Of a stretch of DNA of 64,000 nucleotides, positions 9,918-21,000 are shown one piece after another. The stretch covers positions 150-64,149 of the forward strand of contig DASXGR010000047.1 in the NCBI GenBank assembly GCA_036488935.1, in the 5' to 3' direction. How positions within the stretch are numbered: the first letter of the stretch is position 1; each line of letters begins with the position of its first letter. The translations under genes were made by a program, and so were the position numbers. Source of the DNA: Caulobacteraceae bacterium (lineage in GTDB: Bacteria; Pseudomonadota; Alphaproteobacteria; Caulobacterales; Caulobacteraceae). The notes beneath the pieces are model-generated. The model was not told the DNA's origin, made no database searches, and was given only the letters and a program-made list of their open reading frames with translations.

Positions 9918-11447
9918 ATGCGCCGCCTCCTTAACCGCGCCGCCCGCGCCCCGGTCATCGCCGCCGCCCTGCTCGCAGTGGCCGGATGCGCAGTCGGGCC
10001 GAACTTCAAGCCCCCCGCCACCCCGACCCAGACGCACTATCTGCCGCCGTCCGAGCAGGCGCCTTCCGCTCCGTCCGGCCAAGCCACGCCGCCAGCCCAG
10101 ACCGTCGAACTAGGGGCGCAGGTGACCGCCGACTGGTGGACCCTGTTTCAGTCTGCCCCGATGGACTCTCTGGTTCGCCAGGCGATCGCCGGAAGCCCGA
10201 CGCTCGATAGCGCCCGGGCGCGCCTGGCGGAGGCGAACGAAACAGTCCGGGTGGCGCGCTCGGCCCTGTCGCCCCAGGTCGGTTTCACCGCGAGTGAGGG
10301 CGAGGAGAAGTACAGCGCCAGCGCCTTCGGCCTCGCGCCCAACGTCTTTCCCCTGCCGTCGCACTTCAACCTGTTCCAGCTCGGCCCCAACGCCAGCTAT
10401 CACATCGACGCCTTCGGCGGCGTCCACCGGCAGATCGAAGCGAAGGCCGCCCTCGCCGACTACCAGCATGACCAGCTCGACGCCGCCTACCTCACCCTCA
10501 CCGGCGAGACGGTGAGCGAGGCCTTGCAGGTGGCCGCGGCGCGCGCGCAGCTTCAGGCGGCCACCGAGATCGTGGCCCTGGACAAGCAGAACCTGGACCT
10601 CGTCCGCCGGTCGCGGGAGGCTGGAGAGGCGCCCGACAGCGACGTTGTCCTGTCGCAAAGTCAGCTCGCCGCCGACGAAACCCTGTCGCCGCCGCTGGAG
10701 CAGGAACTGGACGTGGCGCGTCACGCCCTGGCCGTCCTGACGGGTCGCGCGCCCTCAGACTGGTCTCCGCCCGACTTCGACCTGGACGCGCTGACCCTAC
10801 CCCAGACTTTGCCGGTGAGCCTTCCCTCGGAGCTCGTCCATCACCGGCCCGACATCATGGCCGCCGAGTCCCAGCTGCACGCGGCCAGCGCGCAGATCGG
10901 CGTCGCCACGGCCAGGCTCTATCCCGACATCACCCTGAATGCGGGGATCAGCGCCGCGTCCCTGAACGCCGGAGCCCTCTTCGATCCCTCAGGCCTGGTG
11001 TGGAGCGTCGCGGCGGGGCTGACCCAACCGGTGTTCGACGGCGGCATGCGCCGGGCCGAGCGCCGCGCGGCCCTGGACGACTTCAAGGCCACGGCCGCGG
11101 ACTACCGCCAGACCGTGCTGCGGGCCTTCGAAGACGTGGCGGACATCCTGCGCGCCCTCGATCACGACGGGTCCCTGCTGGCCGCCCAGCAGAGAGCCCT
11201 GGCGAGCGCCACGGAGTCGGTGCGTCTACAGCAGATCAACTATCAAGGCGGCGGGACGGGCCTCCTGAGCCTCATCGACGCCCAGCGCCAGTACCAGCAG
11301 GCCCGCCTCGGCTACGCCCGCGCCCTCGCCGCCCGCTACCAGGACACCGCCCGCCTTCTCATCGCGATGGGCGGCGGCTGGTGGGGACCAACCGGCGCCG
11401 ACGCGACCCGCGTAGCGACCCAGGCGGGAACGCCGCCCGCGCGTTAG
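9918..11447 (+). CDS. Outer membrane efflux lipoprotein (NodT/OMF family)
   Basis: Lipobox LAVAGC-AVGPNF, WW.LF, PSELVHHRPDIMAAE, ARLYPDITL; true start ATG 9918 inside the 927-aa ORF call. Confidence 0.92.
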   Translation: MRRLLNRAARAPVIAAALLAVAGCAVGPNFKPPATPTQTHYLPPSEQAPSAPSGQATPPAQTVELGAQVTADWWTLFQSAPMDSLVRQAIAGSPTLDSARARLAEANETVRVARSALSPQVGFTASEGEEKYSASAFGLAPNVFPLPSHFNLFQLGPNASYHIDAFGGVHRQIEAKAALADYQHDQLDAAYLTLTGETVSEALQVAAARAQLQAATEIVALDKQNLDLVRRSREAGEAPDSDVVLSQSQLAADETLSPPLEQELDVARHALAVLTGRAPSDWSPPDFDLDALTLPQTLPVSLPSELVHHRPDIMAAESQLHAASAQIGVATARLYPDITLNAGISAASLNAGALFDPSGLVWSVAAGLTQPVFDGGMRRAERRAALDDFKATAADYRQTVLRAFEDVADILRALDHDGSLLAAQQRALASATESVRLQQINYQGGGTGLLSLIDAQRQYQQARLGYARALAARYQDTARLLIAMGGGWWGPTGADATRVATQAGTPPAR

Positions 11448-11463
11448 GCGGAACAGGGTAGGA

Positions 11464-11640
11464 TCAGAGCTCGATCATGTCGAAGTCGGATTTGGGGGTG
11501 CCGCAGGCAGGGCAGGACCAGTCGTCGGGAATGTCTTCCCAGCGGGTCCCCGGAGCTATGCCGCCGTCGGAGTCGCCTACCGCTTCGTCATAGATCCAGC
11601 CGCAGGTGCGGCACTGGAAGGTCCGATACGCCTCGGCCAC
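11464..11640 (-). CDS. Rubredoxin (58 aa; absent from the ORF track)
   Basis: Hand translation: [58 protein letters not shown]; two CxxCG motifs; GTG start with GGAG RBS. Confidence 0.93.
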   Translation of the reverse strand: MAEAYRTFQCRTCGWIYDEAVGDSDGGIAPGTRWEDIPDDWSCPACGTPKSDFDMIEL

Positions 11641-11679
11641 GCTGGTCTCCGTCGATCCGTCCGGCCGATCGTCGGGTGC

Positions 11680-13923
11680 TCAGAGCAGCTTGTCGAGGGT
11701 GATGGGCAGGCTGCGGATCCGCTTTCCGGTCGCATTGAACACAGCGTTGGCGACGGCCGCGCCCACGCCGGTGATGCCGATCTCGCCGATGCCCCGGACA
11801 CCCATCGGGCTGTGCGGGTCGGGAATGTCGGTCCACATCACCTCGATCTTCGGCACGTCCCCGTGAACCGGCACATGATAACCGGCCAGGGACCGGTTCA
11901 TGATCCGCCCGGTGCGGACGTCGAACAGGGTCTCCTCCTCGAGCGCCAGACCGATCCCCATGACGATGCCGCCGCGGAACTGGCTGGCCGCGGTGCGCGG
12001 ATTGAGGATGCGGCCGGTGTCGAACGAGCCGAGGAAGCGCGAGATGCGCACCTCGCCGGTGAAGGTGCTGACGCGCGCCTCGCAGAACTGCGCGCCGTAT
12101 GAGTGCATCGACCAGGCCGCGATCTCGCTCGGCGCCGGCGCGTCAGCCTCGCCGACCTCCTCGGATCGACCCGCGCGGGAGAGGATGGCCGCATAGCTTT
12201 CCCATCGCTCGGGCGCGTCCTTGCGGCCAAGGCCGCCGCCGCGCGCTTCCACGTCGCCCGGCGCCAGGCCGGCGAGGGGCGAGTCGTTGCCCGCAAGCTG
12301 GATCAGCTCGGCGGTGAGGGCGTCGGCGGCGGCGTCGACCGCGGCGATGATCGAGACGGTCTGCGAGGAGCCGCCGGCAACCGTCCCCGAGGGCAGGTCG
12401 CTGTCGCCGTATTCGAACGTCACCTTGTCCAGCGGCAGACCGAGACGGTCGGCGGCGTTCTGCGCCTGGGCCGTGGCGGTGCCCATGCCCATCTCATGGC
12501 TGCCCATCTGGACCGTGGCGCAACCATCGTCGGAAAGGCGGATGCGCGCGGCCCCGCCGGGCATGCGGTAGTAGGGATAGGTGGCGGTGGCGACGCCCAT
12601 GCCCACAAGCCACTCGCCCTCGCGTCGCGATCCCGGAGTTGAGCTGCGCCGCTCCCAGCCGAAGCGCTCCGCGCCCCTGCGATAGGCCTCCAGCAGGTGG
12701 CGTGAGGAGAAGGGCCGCCCAGTGGTCGGATCCTCGCGGGGTTCGATCCTCTCGCGCAGCTCGATCGGATCGAGCCCCATCGAGTGAGCCAGTTCGTCGA
12801 TCGCCGATTCCAGGGCGAAGGAACCCACCGACTCGCCGGGCGCGCGCATGAAGGTGTTGGCGACCATGTCGAGGTCGACCACCTCCTGGGAGATCAGCAT
12901 GGCGTCGGCCGCGTAGAGATGGCGCGCGGGAAAGGTGAACTGCTCGGTGCAATCATTGTGCGTGGTCATGCCCACGCAGCCGGTGTGGACGAGTGCGGCC
13001 AAGGTCCCGTCATCCCGCGCGCCCAGCGCCACCCTCTGCCGCGTGAGGGTGCGGCCGCCGACGATACGGAACACCCCCTCGCGCGAAAGCAGGATTCGAA
13101 CGGGCCGGCCCGCGAGACGAGCGGCAGCGATCGCTAGGATCTGATGGTTCCACAGCGTCTTGCCGCCGAATCCTCCACCGACGAAGGGCGACAGCACGCG
13201 AATCTCGGATTCATCGACGCCAAAGATCTGCGCCAGGGTGTATCGCGTGCCGTGCAGCGCCTGGGTGGAGTCGTGCACGGTCAGGCGATCGCCCTCCCAG
13301 GCCACTGTCGCGGCGTGCAGTTCGATGGCGTTGTGGTTCTGGCGCGGCGTCTCGTAGATCTCGTCGATCACGAAGGTCGCAGTCTTCAGGGCGGCCTCGG
13401 CGTCCGCCACCTCCAGCTTCGCCGGTTCGCCCAGGATGGAGCCCGGAGGATGCGCGCTCCCTCGCTCGCGCTCGAAATCCAGGGCCGCGGGAGCAGGTTC
13501 GTACGTCGCGCGCACGAGGCTAGCCGCATGGTCGGCCTGCTCCTGGGTTTCAGCCAGGACGAGGGCGACCGGCTCTCCGTTCCAGTGGATCTGGTCGTCC
13601 TGCATCACCGGCAGGGTGCTGGCGCCCACAGCCAAGGGCTTGGAATTGAACAGTTCCGGCGACGCGAGCCGCGGGGCGTTCCTGTACGTCATCACCAGGA
13701 CCACGCCCGCCGCGCGGGACGCCTCCTCCACGTCCAGGTCGGCGATGCGGCCACGCGCAATCGTGCTGTAGACGAGGGCGGCGTAGGTCAAATTCTCGAA
13801 CGGAACCTCACCTGCGAAGCGTGCGGCGCCCTTGACCTTGAGAGGACCGTCGATGCGCGCCACCTGCGCGCCGACCGCCCCGCGCTGCTGCGGCGCCGCC
13901 GTGCTTCGGGTTTCAAGGCTCAT
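11680..13923 (-). CDS. Xanthine dehydrogenase-family molybdopterin-binding subunit (PaoC/YagR-like)
   Basis: [70 protein letters not shown]. Confidence 0.95.
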   Translation of the reverse strand: MSLETRSTAAPQQRGAVGAQVARIDGPLKVKGAARFAGEVPFENLTYAALVYSTIARGRIADLDVEEASRAAGVVLVMTYRNAPRLASPELFNSKPLAVGASTLPVMQDDQIHWNGEPVALVLAETQEQADHAASLVRATYEPAPAALDFERERGSAHPPGSILGEPAKLEVADAEAALKTATFVIDEIYETPRQNHNAIELHAATVAWEGDRLTVHDSTQALHGTRYTLAQIFGVDESEIRVLSPFVGGGFGGKTLWNHQILAIAAARLAGRPVRILLSREGVFRIVGGRTLTRQRVALGARDDGTLAALVHTGCVGMTTHNDCTEQFTFPARHLYAADAMLISQEVVDLDMVANTFMRAPGESVGSFALESAIDELAHSMGLDPIELRERIEPREDPTTGRPFSSRHLLEAYRRGAERFGWERRSSTPGSRREGEWLVGMGVATATYPYYRMPGGAARIRLSDDGCATVQMGSHEMGMGTATAQAQNAADRLGLPLDKVTFEYGDSDLPSGTVAGGSSQTVSIIAAVDAAADALTAELIQLAGNDSPLAGLAPGDVEARGGGLGRKDAPERWESYAAILSRAGRSEEVGEADAPAPSEIAAWSMHSYGAQFCEARVSTFTGEVRISRFLGSFDTGRILNPRTAASQFRGGIVMGIGLALEEETLFDVRTGRIMNRSLAGYHVPVHGDVPKIEVMWTDIPDPHSPMGVRGIGEIGITGVGAAVANAVFNATGKRIRSLPITLDKLL

Positions 13924-14915
13924 GCGCGCTCTCCCTCGCCGACGAGATCCTCCAGGACAGCGACGATCGTCCGGTTGGCCAGCTCGACCTTGAATCCGTT
14001 CTGGCTCAGTGGCGCGGCCGCCTTCAGCTCCGCCTCCGCCGCGGCCCGAAAGGCTTCACGCGTCGCTCGCTGGCCGCGCAGGGCCGCCTCCGCAGCGAAG
14101 GCGCGCCAGGGCTTATGCGCCACGCCGCCGAGAGCCAGCCGCACGTCGTGCACGCGCCCATCCGGCGCGAGATCGAGAGCTGCTGCCACTGAGACCAAAG
14201 CGAAGGCGTAGCTCGCCCGGTCTCGCACCTTGCGATAGGTCGACCGGGCCGCGAACGGCAGCGGCGGTAGTTCCACCGCCACGATGAGTTCCCCGCGCGT
14301 GAGTTCAGTCTCGACATCCGGCCTCTCGCCGGGCAGGCGATGCAGGGCGGTCAGGGCGAGGGTGCGCGAACCCTCCGGTCCCTCCAGCCGGACCTGCGCA
14401 TCCAGGGCCGCCAGCGCCACGCACATGTCGGAGGGGTGCACCGCCACACAGGCGGACGAGGCGCCGAGGATCGCGTGCTCGCGGTTGAACCCGTCGATGG
14501 CGTCGCAACCCGCGCCTGGCGTGCGCTTATTGCAGCGCGAGGCCTGGTCATAGAAGTAGGCGCAGCGGGTCCGCTGCAGGATGTTGCCGCCAACGGTCGC
14601 CATATTGCGGATCTGGGCGCTGGCCCCGGCGAGGATCGCACGCGCCAGCATCGGATAGGCGCGGCGCACAGTCGGGTCTTCCGCCACCGCGGTGTTCTTC
14701 ACCCCTGCGCCGATCGTCAGGCCGCCATCGCCCCGTAAAGCAATGCGAGTGTCGAGGCCCGTGACATCCACCAGTGTCGACGGCCGCTCGATCGTCTCGC
14801 GCATCAGGTCCACGAGGTTGGTGCCGCCGCCCAGGTACCTGGCGCCCGCCATGGCGCCGGCCATACGCACCGCCGCCGCCGCGTTCGGGGCCTTCTGGTA
14901 GCTGAACGGAGTCAT
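13920..14915 (-). CDS. FAD-binding subunit with 4Fe-4S insertion (PaoB/YagS-like)
   Basis: [37 protein letters not shown]...[31 protein letters not shown]; start ATG 14915. Confidence 0.95.
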   Translation of the reverse strand: MTPFSYQKAPNAAAAVRMAGAMAGARYLGGGTNLVDLMRETIERPSTLVDVTGLDTRIALRGDGGLTIGAGVKNTAVAEDPTVRRAYPMLARAILAGASAQIRNMATVGGNILQRTRCAYFYDQASRCNKRTPGAGCDAIDGFNREHAILGASSACVAVHPSDMCVALAALDAQVRLEGPEGSRTLALTALHRLPGERPDVETELTRGELIVAVELPPLPFAARSTYRKVRDRASYAFALVSVAAALDLAPDGRVHDVRLALGGVAHKPWRAFAAEAALRGQRATREAFRAAAEAELKAAAPLSQNGFKVELANRTIVAVLEDLVGEGERA

Positions 14916-15421
14916 CGCGCCGCCTCGGGCGCGAGGATCTCGACGATGGCGTCGAGGATCCCATTGTAAGCCCCGCAGCGGCAAAGATTGCCGCTCATGC
15001 GCTCGCGGATCTCGTCCGCGTCCAGGACGATGCTCTCATGAGCCAGGTCGGCGGTGAGGAGGCTGGGCGCGCCACGCTGCGCCTCGGCCGCCATGGCCAC
15101 CGCCGAGCACAGCTGACCAGGCGTGCAGTAGCCGCACTGGAAGCCGTCATGGTCGATAAAGGCCTGCTGGAGCGGGTGCAGAGAGCCGTCGGCGCCAAGG
15201 CCCTCCACCGTCGTGATGGCCCGATCCTGGTACTGCGCGGCAAGGGCGAGACAGGAGACGATCCGCTCGCCGTCCGCCAGTACGGTGCAAGCGCCACAGG
15301 CGCCCTGGTCGCAACCCTTCTTCGTCCCGGTAAGACGCAGCCGCTCGCGCAGCAGATCGAGCAATGAGGTGCGCGGATCGACCTCTAGTTCTACGTCCTG
15401 CCCATTGATGCTGAAATGCAT
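14912..15421 (-). CDS. [2Fe-2S] subunit (PaoA/YagT-like)
   Basis: [38 protein letters not shown]; no Tat leader. Confidence 0.95.
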   Translation of the reverse strand: MHFSINGQDVELEVDPRTSLLDLLRERLRLTGTKKGCDQGACGACTVLADGERIVSCLALAAQYQDRAITTVEGLGADGSLHPLQQAFIDHDGFQCGYCTPGQLCSAVAMAAEAQRGAPSLLTADLAHESIVLDADEIRERMSGNLCRCGAYNGILDAIVEILAPEAAR

Positions 15422-15547
15422 GCGCGCCTCGATGACCCCGGCGACCCCACTCGTTAGCTAGGGGCGCGTGCGGAGCGGCTCCAGCGCCTGCGACCGATGT
15501 ATTTTTTTGCGTCGGCGGGGAACCAAACCCGTCGAAGGAGTGCGGAT

Positions 15548-16414
15548 ATGGACGTTGGCTTCATCGGCCTTGGGATGATGGGACGAGCGATGGCTCGCAA
15601 TCTCGCCAAGGCGGGACACAAGGTGCGAGCCTGGAACCGGTCGAAGGCGGAAGCCAGCGAAGGAGTGGAGATCGTTGGCGCGCCGGCTCAGGCCTTCGAC
15701 GCCGACGCGACCTTCACCATGCTTTCGGACGACGCGGCGCTCCGTGCGGTGGTGCTGGACAGCGGCGTGCTGGCTCATGCGCGGCCGGGTGTCGTGCATA
15801 TCGGCTCATCCACGATCTCGGTCGCCTGCGCCGAAGAGCTGACGACGGCGCACCGGGCGGCGGGCGTGGCCTATGTGTCCGCCCCTGTGTTCGGGCGTCC
15901 CGACGCGGCCGAAGCGGCAAAGCTGAACGTCCTGGCCGCCGGCGAGCCTGCGGCCGTCGAGAAGGTGAAACCCCTGCTGGAGGTGATCGGGCAACGCGTC
16001 TGGCCGATGGGCGCCGAGCCCAAGTCCGCCAACGCCGCCAAGATCGGCGGCAACATGATGCTCGGCATGGCCGTGGGCGCCATGTCCGAGGGCGCGGCCC
16101 TGGCCAGGGCGAACGGCCTCGATCCCAAGGCCTTCTTCGAGCTGATGCTCGGCACTCTGTTCGCCGGCTCCCCGATCTACGGGATCTATGCGCCCAAGAT
16201 CCTCAGCGGCGACTTCGAGCCGGGATTCAAGCTTCGCCTGGCCCTGAAGGACATCGGCCTTGCGATCTCCGCGGCCGGCGACGAGTCCCGTCACATGAAG
16301 CTGCTGCACGCCATCAAGTCTGAGATGGACGCCGCACTCGAGGCGGGCCTGGGGGAGAAGGACCTGTCGGCTGTATCAGCGTGGGTGGCGGGATCGACCG
16401 CCCCGGCGGAGTAA
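15548..16414 (+). CDS. Beta-hydroxyacid dehydrogenase-family NAD(P)-dependent oxidoreductase
   Basis: VGFIGLGMMG, SAPVFG, catalytic Lys in AAKIGGN, FKLRLALKDI. Confidence 0.9.
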   Translation: MDVGFIGLGMMGRAMARNLAKAGHKVRAWNRSKAEASEGVEIVGAPAQAFDADATFTMLSDDAALRAVVLDSGVLAHARPGVVHIGSSTISVACAEELTTAHRAAGVAYVSAPVFGRPDAAEAAKLNVLAAGEPAAVEKVKPLLEVIGQRVWPMGAEPKSANAAKIGGNMMLGMAVGAMSEGAALARANGLDPKAFFELMLGTLFAGSPIYGIYAPKILSGDFEPGFKLRLALKDIGLAISAAGDESRHMKLLHAIKSEMDAALEAGLGEKDLSAVSAWVAGSTAPAE

Positions 16415-16568
16415 TTTCGTTCGCTCCCTGAACCCCGGCGAGGCCGGCCGAAAAGCGCTCGGGGTTGGTCTCCGGCGCGGTGGCGAGCGCGCGACGCGGG
16501 GTCGCGGCTGGACGGCCAGGGTCTAGAAAAGAGATGGAGCGCCGCGTGACGGTAGAGGACTTTCGCGA

Positions 16569-16916
16569 ATGTTGCGGTTCACGGCGCCGCTAGCCGGCGC
16601 CTTGGCTCTGATGGCGGCGGGCTCGGCGTTGGCCGCCTCTCGCGGGCAGACGATCGCCACCCAGGGGGCAGCCGGGGGCGTTCCCCCCTGCTCCGCCTGT
16701 CACGGTGCGAACTACCAGGGCAATCCGGCGATGAAGGCCCCTGCTCTGGCGGGATTGTCCAAGACCTACATCCTTGCTCGACTGGCCCACTACGCGAGCC
16801 CGGCGGGCAAGAACCCCTCGATGAAGATGGTCGCCACCGCCCTCACCCCCGCTGACCGCGATGCGGTCGCCACCTATCTCTCCTCGCTCCCCAAGGCCCC
16901 CGCCGCCGGGAAATGA
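16569..16916 (+). CDS. Periplasmic monoheme cytochrome c (c4/c553-like)
   Basis: Signal peptide, CSACH heme motif, PALAGL...YI, Met ligand candidate in NPSMKMVA. Confidence 0.88.
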   Translation: MLRFTAPLAGALALMAAGSALAASRGQTIATQGAAGGVPPCSACHGANYQGNPAMKAPALAGLSKTYILARLAHYASPAGKNPSMKMVATALTPADRDAVATYLSSLPKAPAAGK

Positions 16917-16932
16917 CCTCATTCGCGAAGCC

Positions 16933-17955
16933 TCAAGCGGCGCGGGCCGCTGCGGGCTTGAGCGCCGCTTCAACCGCCTGGGGGGCCGCTTCCGGGCGGG
17001 CGCCATAGCGACGGGCGAGGATGGCGCAGGCGAAGAGCTGAGCCTGGTGGAACAGCATCAGGGGTAGGACGATCAGCGCCACCGCGTGCCCGGGAAAGAT
17101 GATGGCCGCGATGGGCATGCCGCTCGCCAGACTTTTCTTCGAGCCACAGAAGACGATGGCGATCTCGTCCTCTTTCGAAAAGCCCAGCCGCCGGGAGCCC
17201 AGGGTGGTCGCGACGAGCACCGCGCCAAGCATCACGAGATCAAGCGCCAGGATCACGCCCAGATCGGCCGCAGAGACGCGGCTCCAGACTCCGGCCACCG
17301 CCCCGGCGCTGAAGGCTGCATAGACGATGATCAGGATCGAGCCGCGGTCGAACGCCTGGGTGAGCGCCGGATGCCGCAGCAGCCACTTGGCCGTGAAGGG
17401 TCGCACCGCCTGGCCCGCCGCAAAGGGCAGGACGATCTGCAGCCCTATGTCCTCCATCCCGTGCAGGGTAAGGCCGCCCCGGCCGGTCAGGATCAGCGAA
17501 GCCAGCAGCGGTGTGATGACCACGCCCAGCATGTTGGAGATCGAAGCGCTACACAGGGCCGCCGGCACATTGCCGCGGGCGATCGAGGTGAAGGCGATCG
17601 AGGACTGCACCGTCGAAGGGAGCAGGGCGACGAAGATCAGGCCCAGCGCCAGGTCCGTCGGCAGGAACGGCTTGGCCAACTGACCCACGGCGAGGCCGAC
17701 GATGGGGAAGAGAACGAAGGTGCTGGCGAACACCAGCGCCTGCAGCCGCCAGTTGGCGAGGCCCGACCACACCGCGCCCGGCGAGAGGCGCGCCCCGTAC
17801 AGGAAGAAGAGAGCCGCGACGGCGAGGTAGACCAGATCCTCCACGGCGCCGTGCGCCCAACCCCGCGCCGGCGCCAGCAGGCCAAGCGCCACGGCGCCCA
17901 CCAGCATCAGCAGGTAGCGGTCGATCGGAATGCGAAAGCGCCGAAGGGCGGACAT
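16933..17955 (-). CDS. Bile acid:sodium symporter family protein (YfeH-like)
   Basis: LFFLYGARLS, LPSTVQSSIAFTSIARGNVPAALCSAS.SN, AIVFCGSKKSLASG.P. Confidence 0.93.
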   Translation of the reverse strand: MSALRRFRIPIDRYLLMLVGAVALGLLAPARGWAHGAVEDLVYLAVAALFFLYGARLSPGAVWSGLANWRLQALVFASTFVLFPIVGLAVGQLAKPFLPTDLALGLIFVALLPSTVQSSIAFTSIARGNVPAALCSASISNMLGVVITPLLASLILTGRGGLTLHGMEDIGLQIVLPFAAGQAVRPFTAKWLLRHPALTQAFDRGSILIIVYAAFSAGAVAGVWSRVSAADLGVILALDLVMLGAVLVATTLGSRRLGFSKEDEIAIVFCGSKKSLASGMPIAAIIFPGHAVALIVLPLMLFHQAQLFACAILARRYGARPEAAPQAVEAALKPAAARAA

Positions 17956-18026
17956 AGAAGATCTCCTATGTCCAAGCAGCTACGCCCTGACTCCGCGATG
18001 CACAATTCCGATGACCGCGATAACGT

Positions 18027-18042
18027 TCATTACGATTCATGA
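18027..18042. promoter_or_regulatory. Candidate LysR-type box TCAT-N8-ATGA upstream of the symporter
   Basis: TCATTACGATTCATGA contains T-N11-A with dyad symmetry; the same TCAT-N8-ATGA pattern occurs at 21791-21806. Confidence 0.45.
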
Positions 18043-18099
18043 TGATAGGCCCTCACTGCACGGAGCGTCCCGGCCGTGAGGGCATCAGGAAAGTCGCGT

Positions 18100-21000
18100 C
18101 TATGTCGGGGTCCAGACGGCGATGACCTGCGTGCCGGCGCCCGGCTCCGACACAATGGTCAGGTCCGCGTCTATGGCGCTCGCGCGGTCGCGCAGACCGG
18201 CAAGGCCGAAGCCTTTGGTGACCACGCCAGGATCGAACCCCTTGCCGTCATCCGCTACGGCGACCCGCACGCCGGGCCCCGGCATGGCCGAAAGTGTGAC
18301 GCGCACGGTGCTCGCCTCGGCGTGGCGCACGGCGTTCAGCATCGCTTCCTGGCAGATCCTCAGGAGCTCATGGGCGACTTCGGTCGGAGGCTCTGGCGCG
18401 GAGTCGAGCTGAGCCACGACCTGCGTCTGGCCCAGGCGGCGCACCCCTTCAATGGCGGCCGAAAGGGACGCGATCAGCGAGGGCCGCTCAGCGGTCAGGA
18501 CGGCCATGGAACGACGCGCTTCGACCAGGTTCTCCGCCGCGATCTTGTTGGCCCGATCGAGCGCTTCGGGCGCAGCGGCCGGGTCGCGACGACCCAGTTC
18601 CAGCTGCATCCGAATGGCCGCGAAGCCCTGGGCCAGGGTGTCGTGGATCTCCCGCGCCAGCCGGTTGCGCTCCTGAAGGACGGCGCCTTCGCGCGCCTTG
18701 GCCGCCAGCCGCGTCAACTGCAGGGCGAGGGTCGCCTGGTGGCTGAGGGTCCTGGCCAGACTGATCTCGTCTTCGGTCCAACTCTCGCGCTCGGTGTTAT
18801 GGAACCCGACCGCGCCCAGAACCTCCGACCCTAGCATCAGGGGCGCCAGGAGCAGCGAACGGACGCCGAAGCGCCTCATCCGGTCCCGCACCGCGCCCAC
18901 GGGCAGATCGGGGTTGTTGGCCGCGTCATCGAAGGCCATCGGGCCGCCCTTTTCGATCAGACGACGCCAGAATGGCCATTCACCCGCCGTGATCACGACT
19001 CGCGGTGTGCCCGTCTCCACCGTAACCGCGCCCTCGTGGCACATCATGTGCAGCCTGTTCACCCCCTGCTCGGCGTCGTAGAGCCAGAGCGTCGAGCGGC
19101 GCACGTCGAGGTGCGTGTTCGCGGAGCGCAGGACGTAACCGAGAAAACCCTCGAGTTCCGGCTCCGCGGCCAGCATGTCCAATGAAGCGCGGAGGGTTTC
19201 GGCGGTGCGCTCGGCCGCCTCGGTGCGCTGGCGCGCCGCCGACGCACGCTCTTCGGAAAGCGCCGCCTCGCGCGCCTTGGCCGCCAGCCGCGTCAGTTGC
19301 AGGGCGAGGGTCGCCTGATGGCCGAGGGCCCTGGCGAGACTGATCTCGTCTTCAGTCCAGCTCTCGCGCTCGGTGTTATGAAACCCGACAGAGCCCAGGA
19401 CCTCCGACCCCAGCATCAGGGGCACCATGAGCAGCGAACGGACGCCGAAGCGCCTCATCCGGTCCTGCACTTCCGCCAGATGCGGGTTGCGGGTCGCGTC
19501 ATCGAAGGTGAGCGGGCCGCCCTTTTCGATCAGACGACGCCAGAATGGCCATTCATCGTCCGTGATCACGACTCGCGGTGCGCCCGTTTCCACCGTAACC
19601 ACGCCCTCGTGGCACATCATGTGCAGCCTCATCGCGCTCTGCTCGGGGTCGTAAAGCCAGAGCGTCGAGCGCCGCACGTTGAGATGCTTGTTCGCAGCGC
19701 GCAGGACGTAACCGAGAAAGCTCTCGAGCTCCGGCTCCGCGGCCAGCATGTCCAGTGAAGCGCGCAGGGTCTCGGCGGTTCGCTCGGCCGCTTCGGTGCG
19801 CTGACGCGCCGCCGACGCGCGCTCTTCGGAAAGCGCCGCCTCTCCCGCCGCGGCTGCGAGCCTCTGCATTTCGAGCGCAAGGGCGATCTGATTGCCAAAC
19901 GCCAGGGCGAGCTCACGACGTTCAGGAGGATAGTCGGGGCTCTCGCTGGTGTGGCGAAAGACGAGCGTGCCGAGCCAGCGATCACCGATGAACATGGGTA
20001 CCTGCGCCGCAGTACGGACCTGGTCGGTCTCAATGGCGTGTCGCAGGGTGGGCCCCCACTCGTCGATCAGATCGTCAAAGTCAGCCAATTTCACGAAGGC
20101 GATCTGGCCACGCGACAGGTCCGGATCGAGATGCCCCATGGCCGTCAGCCGGGAGAGATAATCGCCTTCCGCAGGCCGGCGGATCTCGCCGCCGTGCCAG
20201 GATATCAGCAGGCCGTGGTCTCCCTGGCCGCGGCGGATCCAGATCCCAGCGCCCGCCGCGTCCATCTCGCGCGCGCACATCTTCAGGGCGTCGCCGAGGA
20301 ACGCGGGCAGATCCTGCTGCTCGGAGAGGCGCTCGAGCATGGCCCGAAGCACCTCGTTCGCCCGGTGCAGGGTGTCGGCGCGGCTGCGCTCCGCCACCTC
20401 ACGCTCCCTGCCGACAGCAGCCTGTTTGGCCTCCTCGGCGAGGCGGGTGAGATTCAGCGCGACCGCGGCCTGGCCAGCCAGCGCCTGGATGATATCGAGC
20501 TCCTCCTCGAGGATATGGCGCGTGTCGGTCAGCCGGATCGTGAAGCGACCAAGGACACGATCGCCAAGCCCCAGCGGGACCGACAGGAGCCGCCGCACGC
20601 CAAGACCGAGCAGGTAGAGCCGCTCGTCTTCGTGCATGAGGCCATCGTTCGCCTCCAGATCGAGCAGATGGGGCTTCGAGGTTGGCCCATACATTCGCGA
20701 GTCGCGCTTGCGCTTGGGCGTCGGGGTGGAGCCGATTTCCCGCCTGGGGTGCGACGACTGGGCCCCGGCAACGACGCGTCCGTCCTCCACGACGTGGTGG
20801 ATCCTGTAGTGGTCGGGGCTGTCCGGATCGACGAGCCAGAGGGTGCCGGAGTGGCCGCCAACCACTTCGTACATCGTCAGCAACACGCGACCCAGGAAGG
20901 TGTCGAGGTCCTCGACCGCCCCCAGTCGCTCGGAACTCTCGCGGAGCAGGGCGTTGGCGAGGGCGAGCTTCTCCGCGCGCGCCTTCGCCGTGGCGGCCTG

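Noticed and set aside
6126-11447. LysR with EmrAB-OMF as a novel system
   Set aside because: Standard, widely distributed tripartite efflux arrangement
15548-16414. Possible imine reductase
   Set aside because: It keeps the beta-hydroxyacid dehydrogenase catalytic Lys (AAKIGGN), which imine reductases replace
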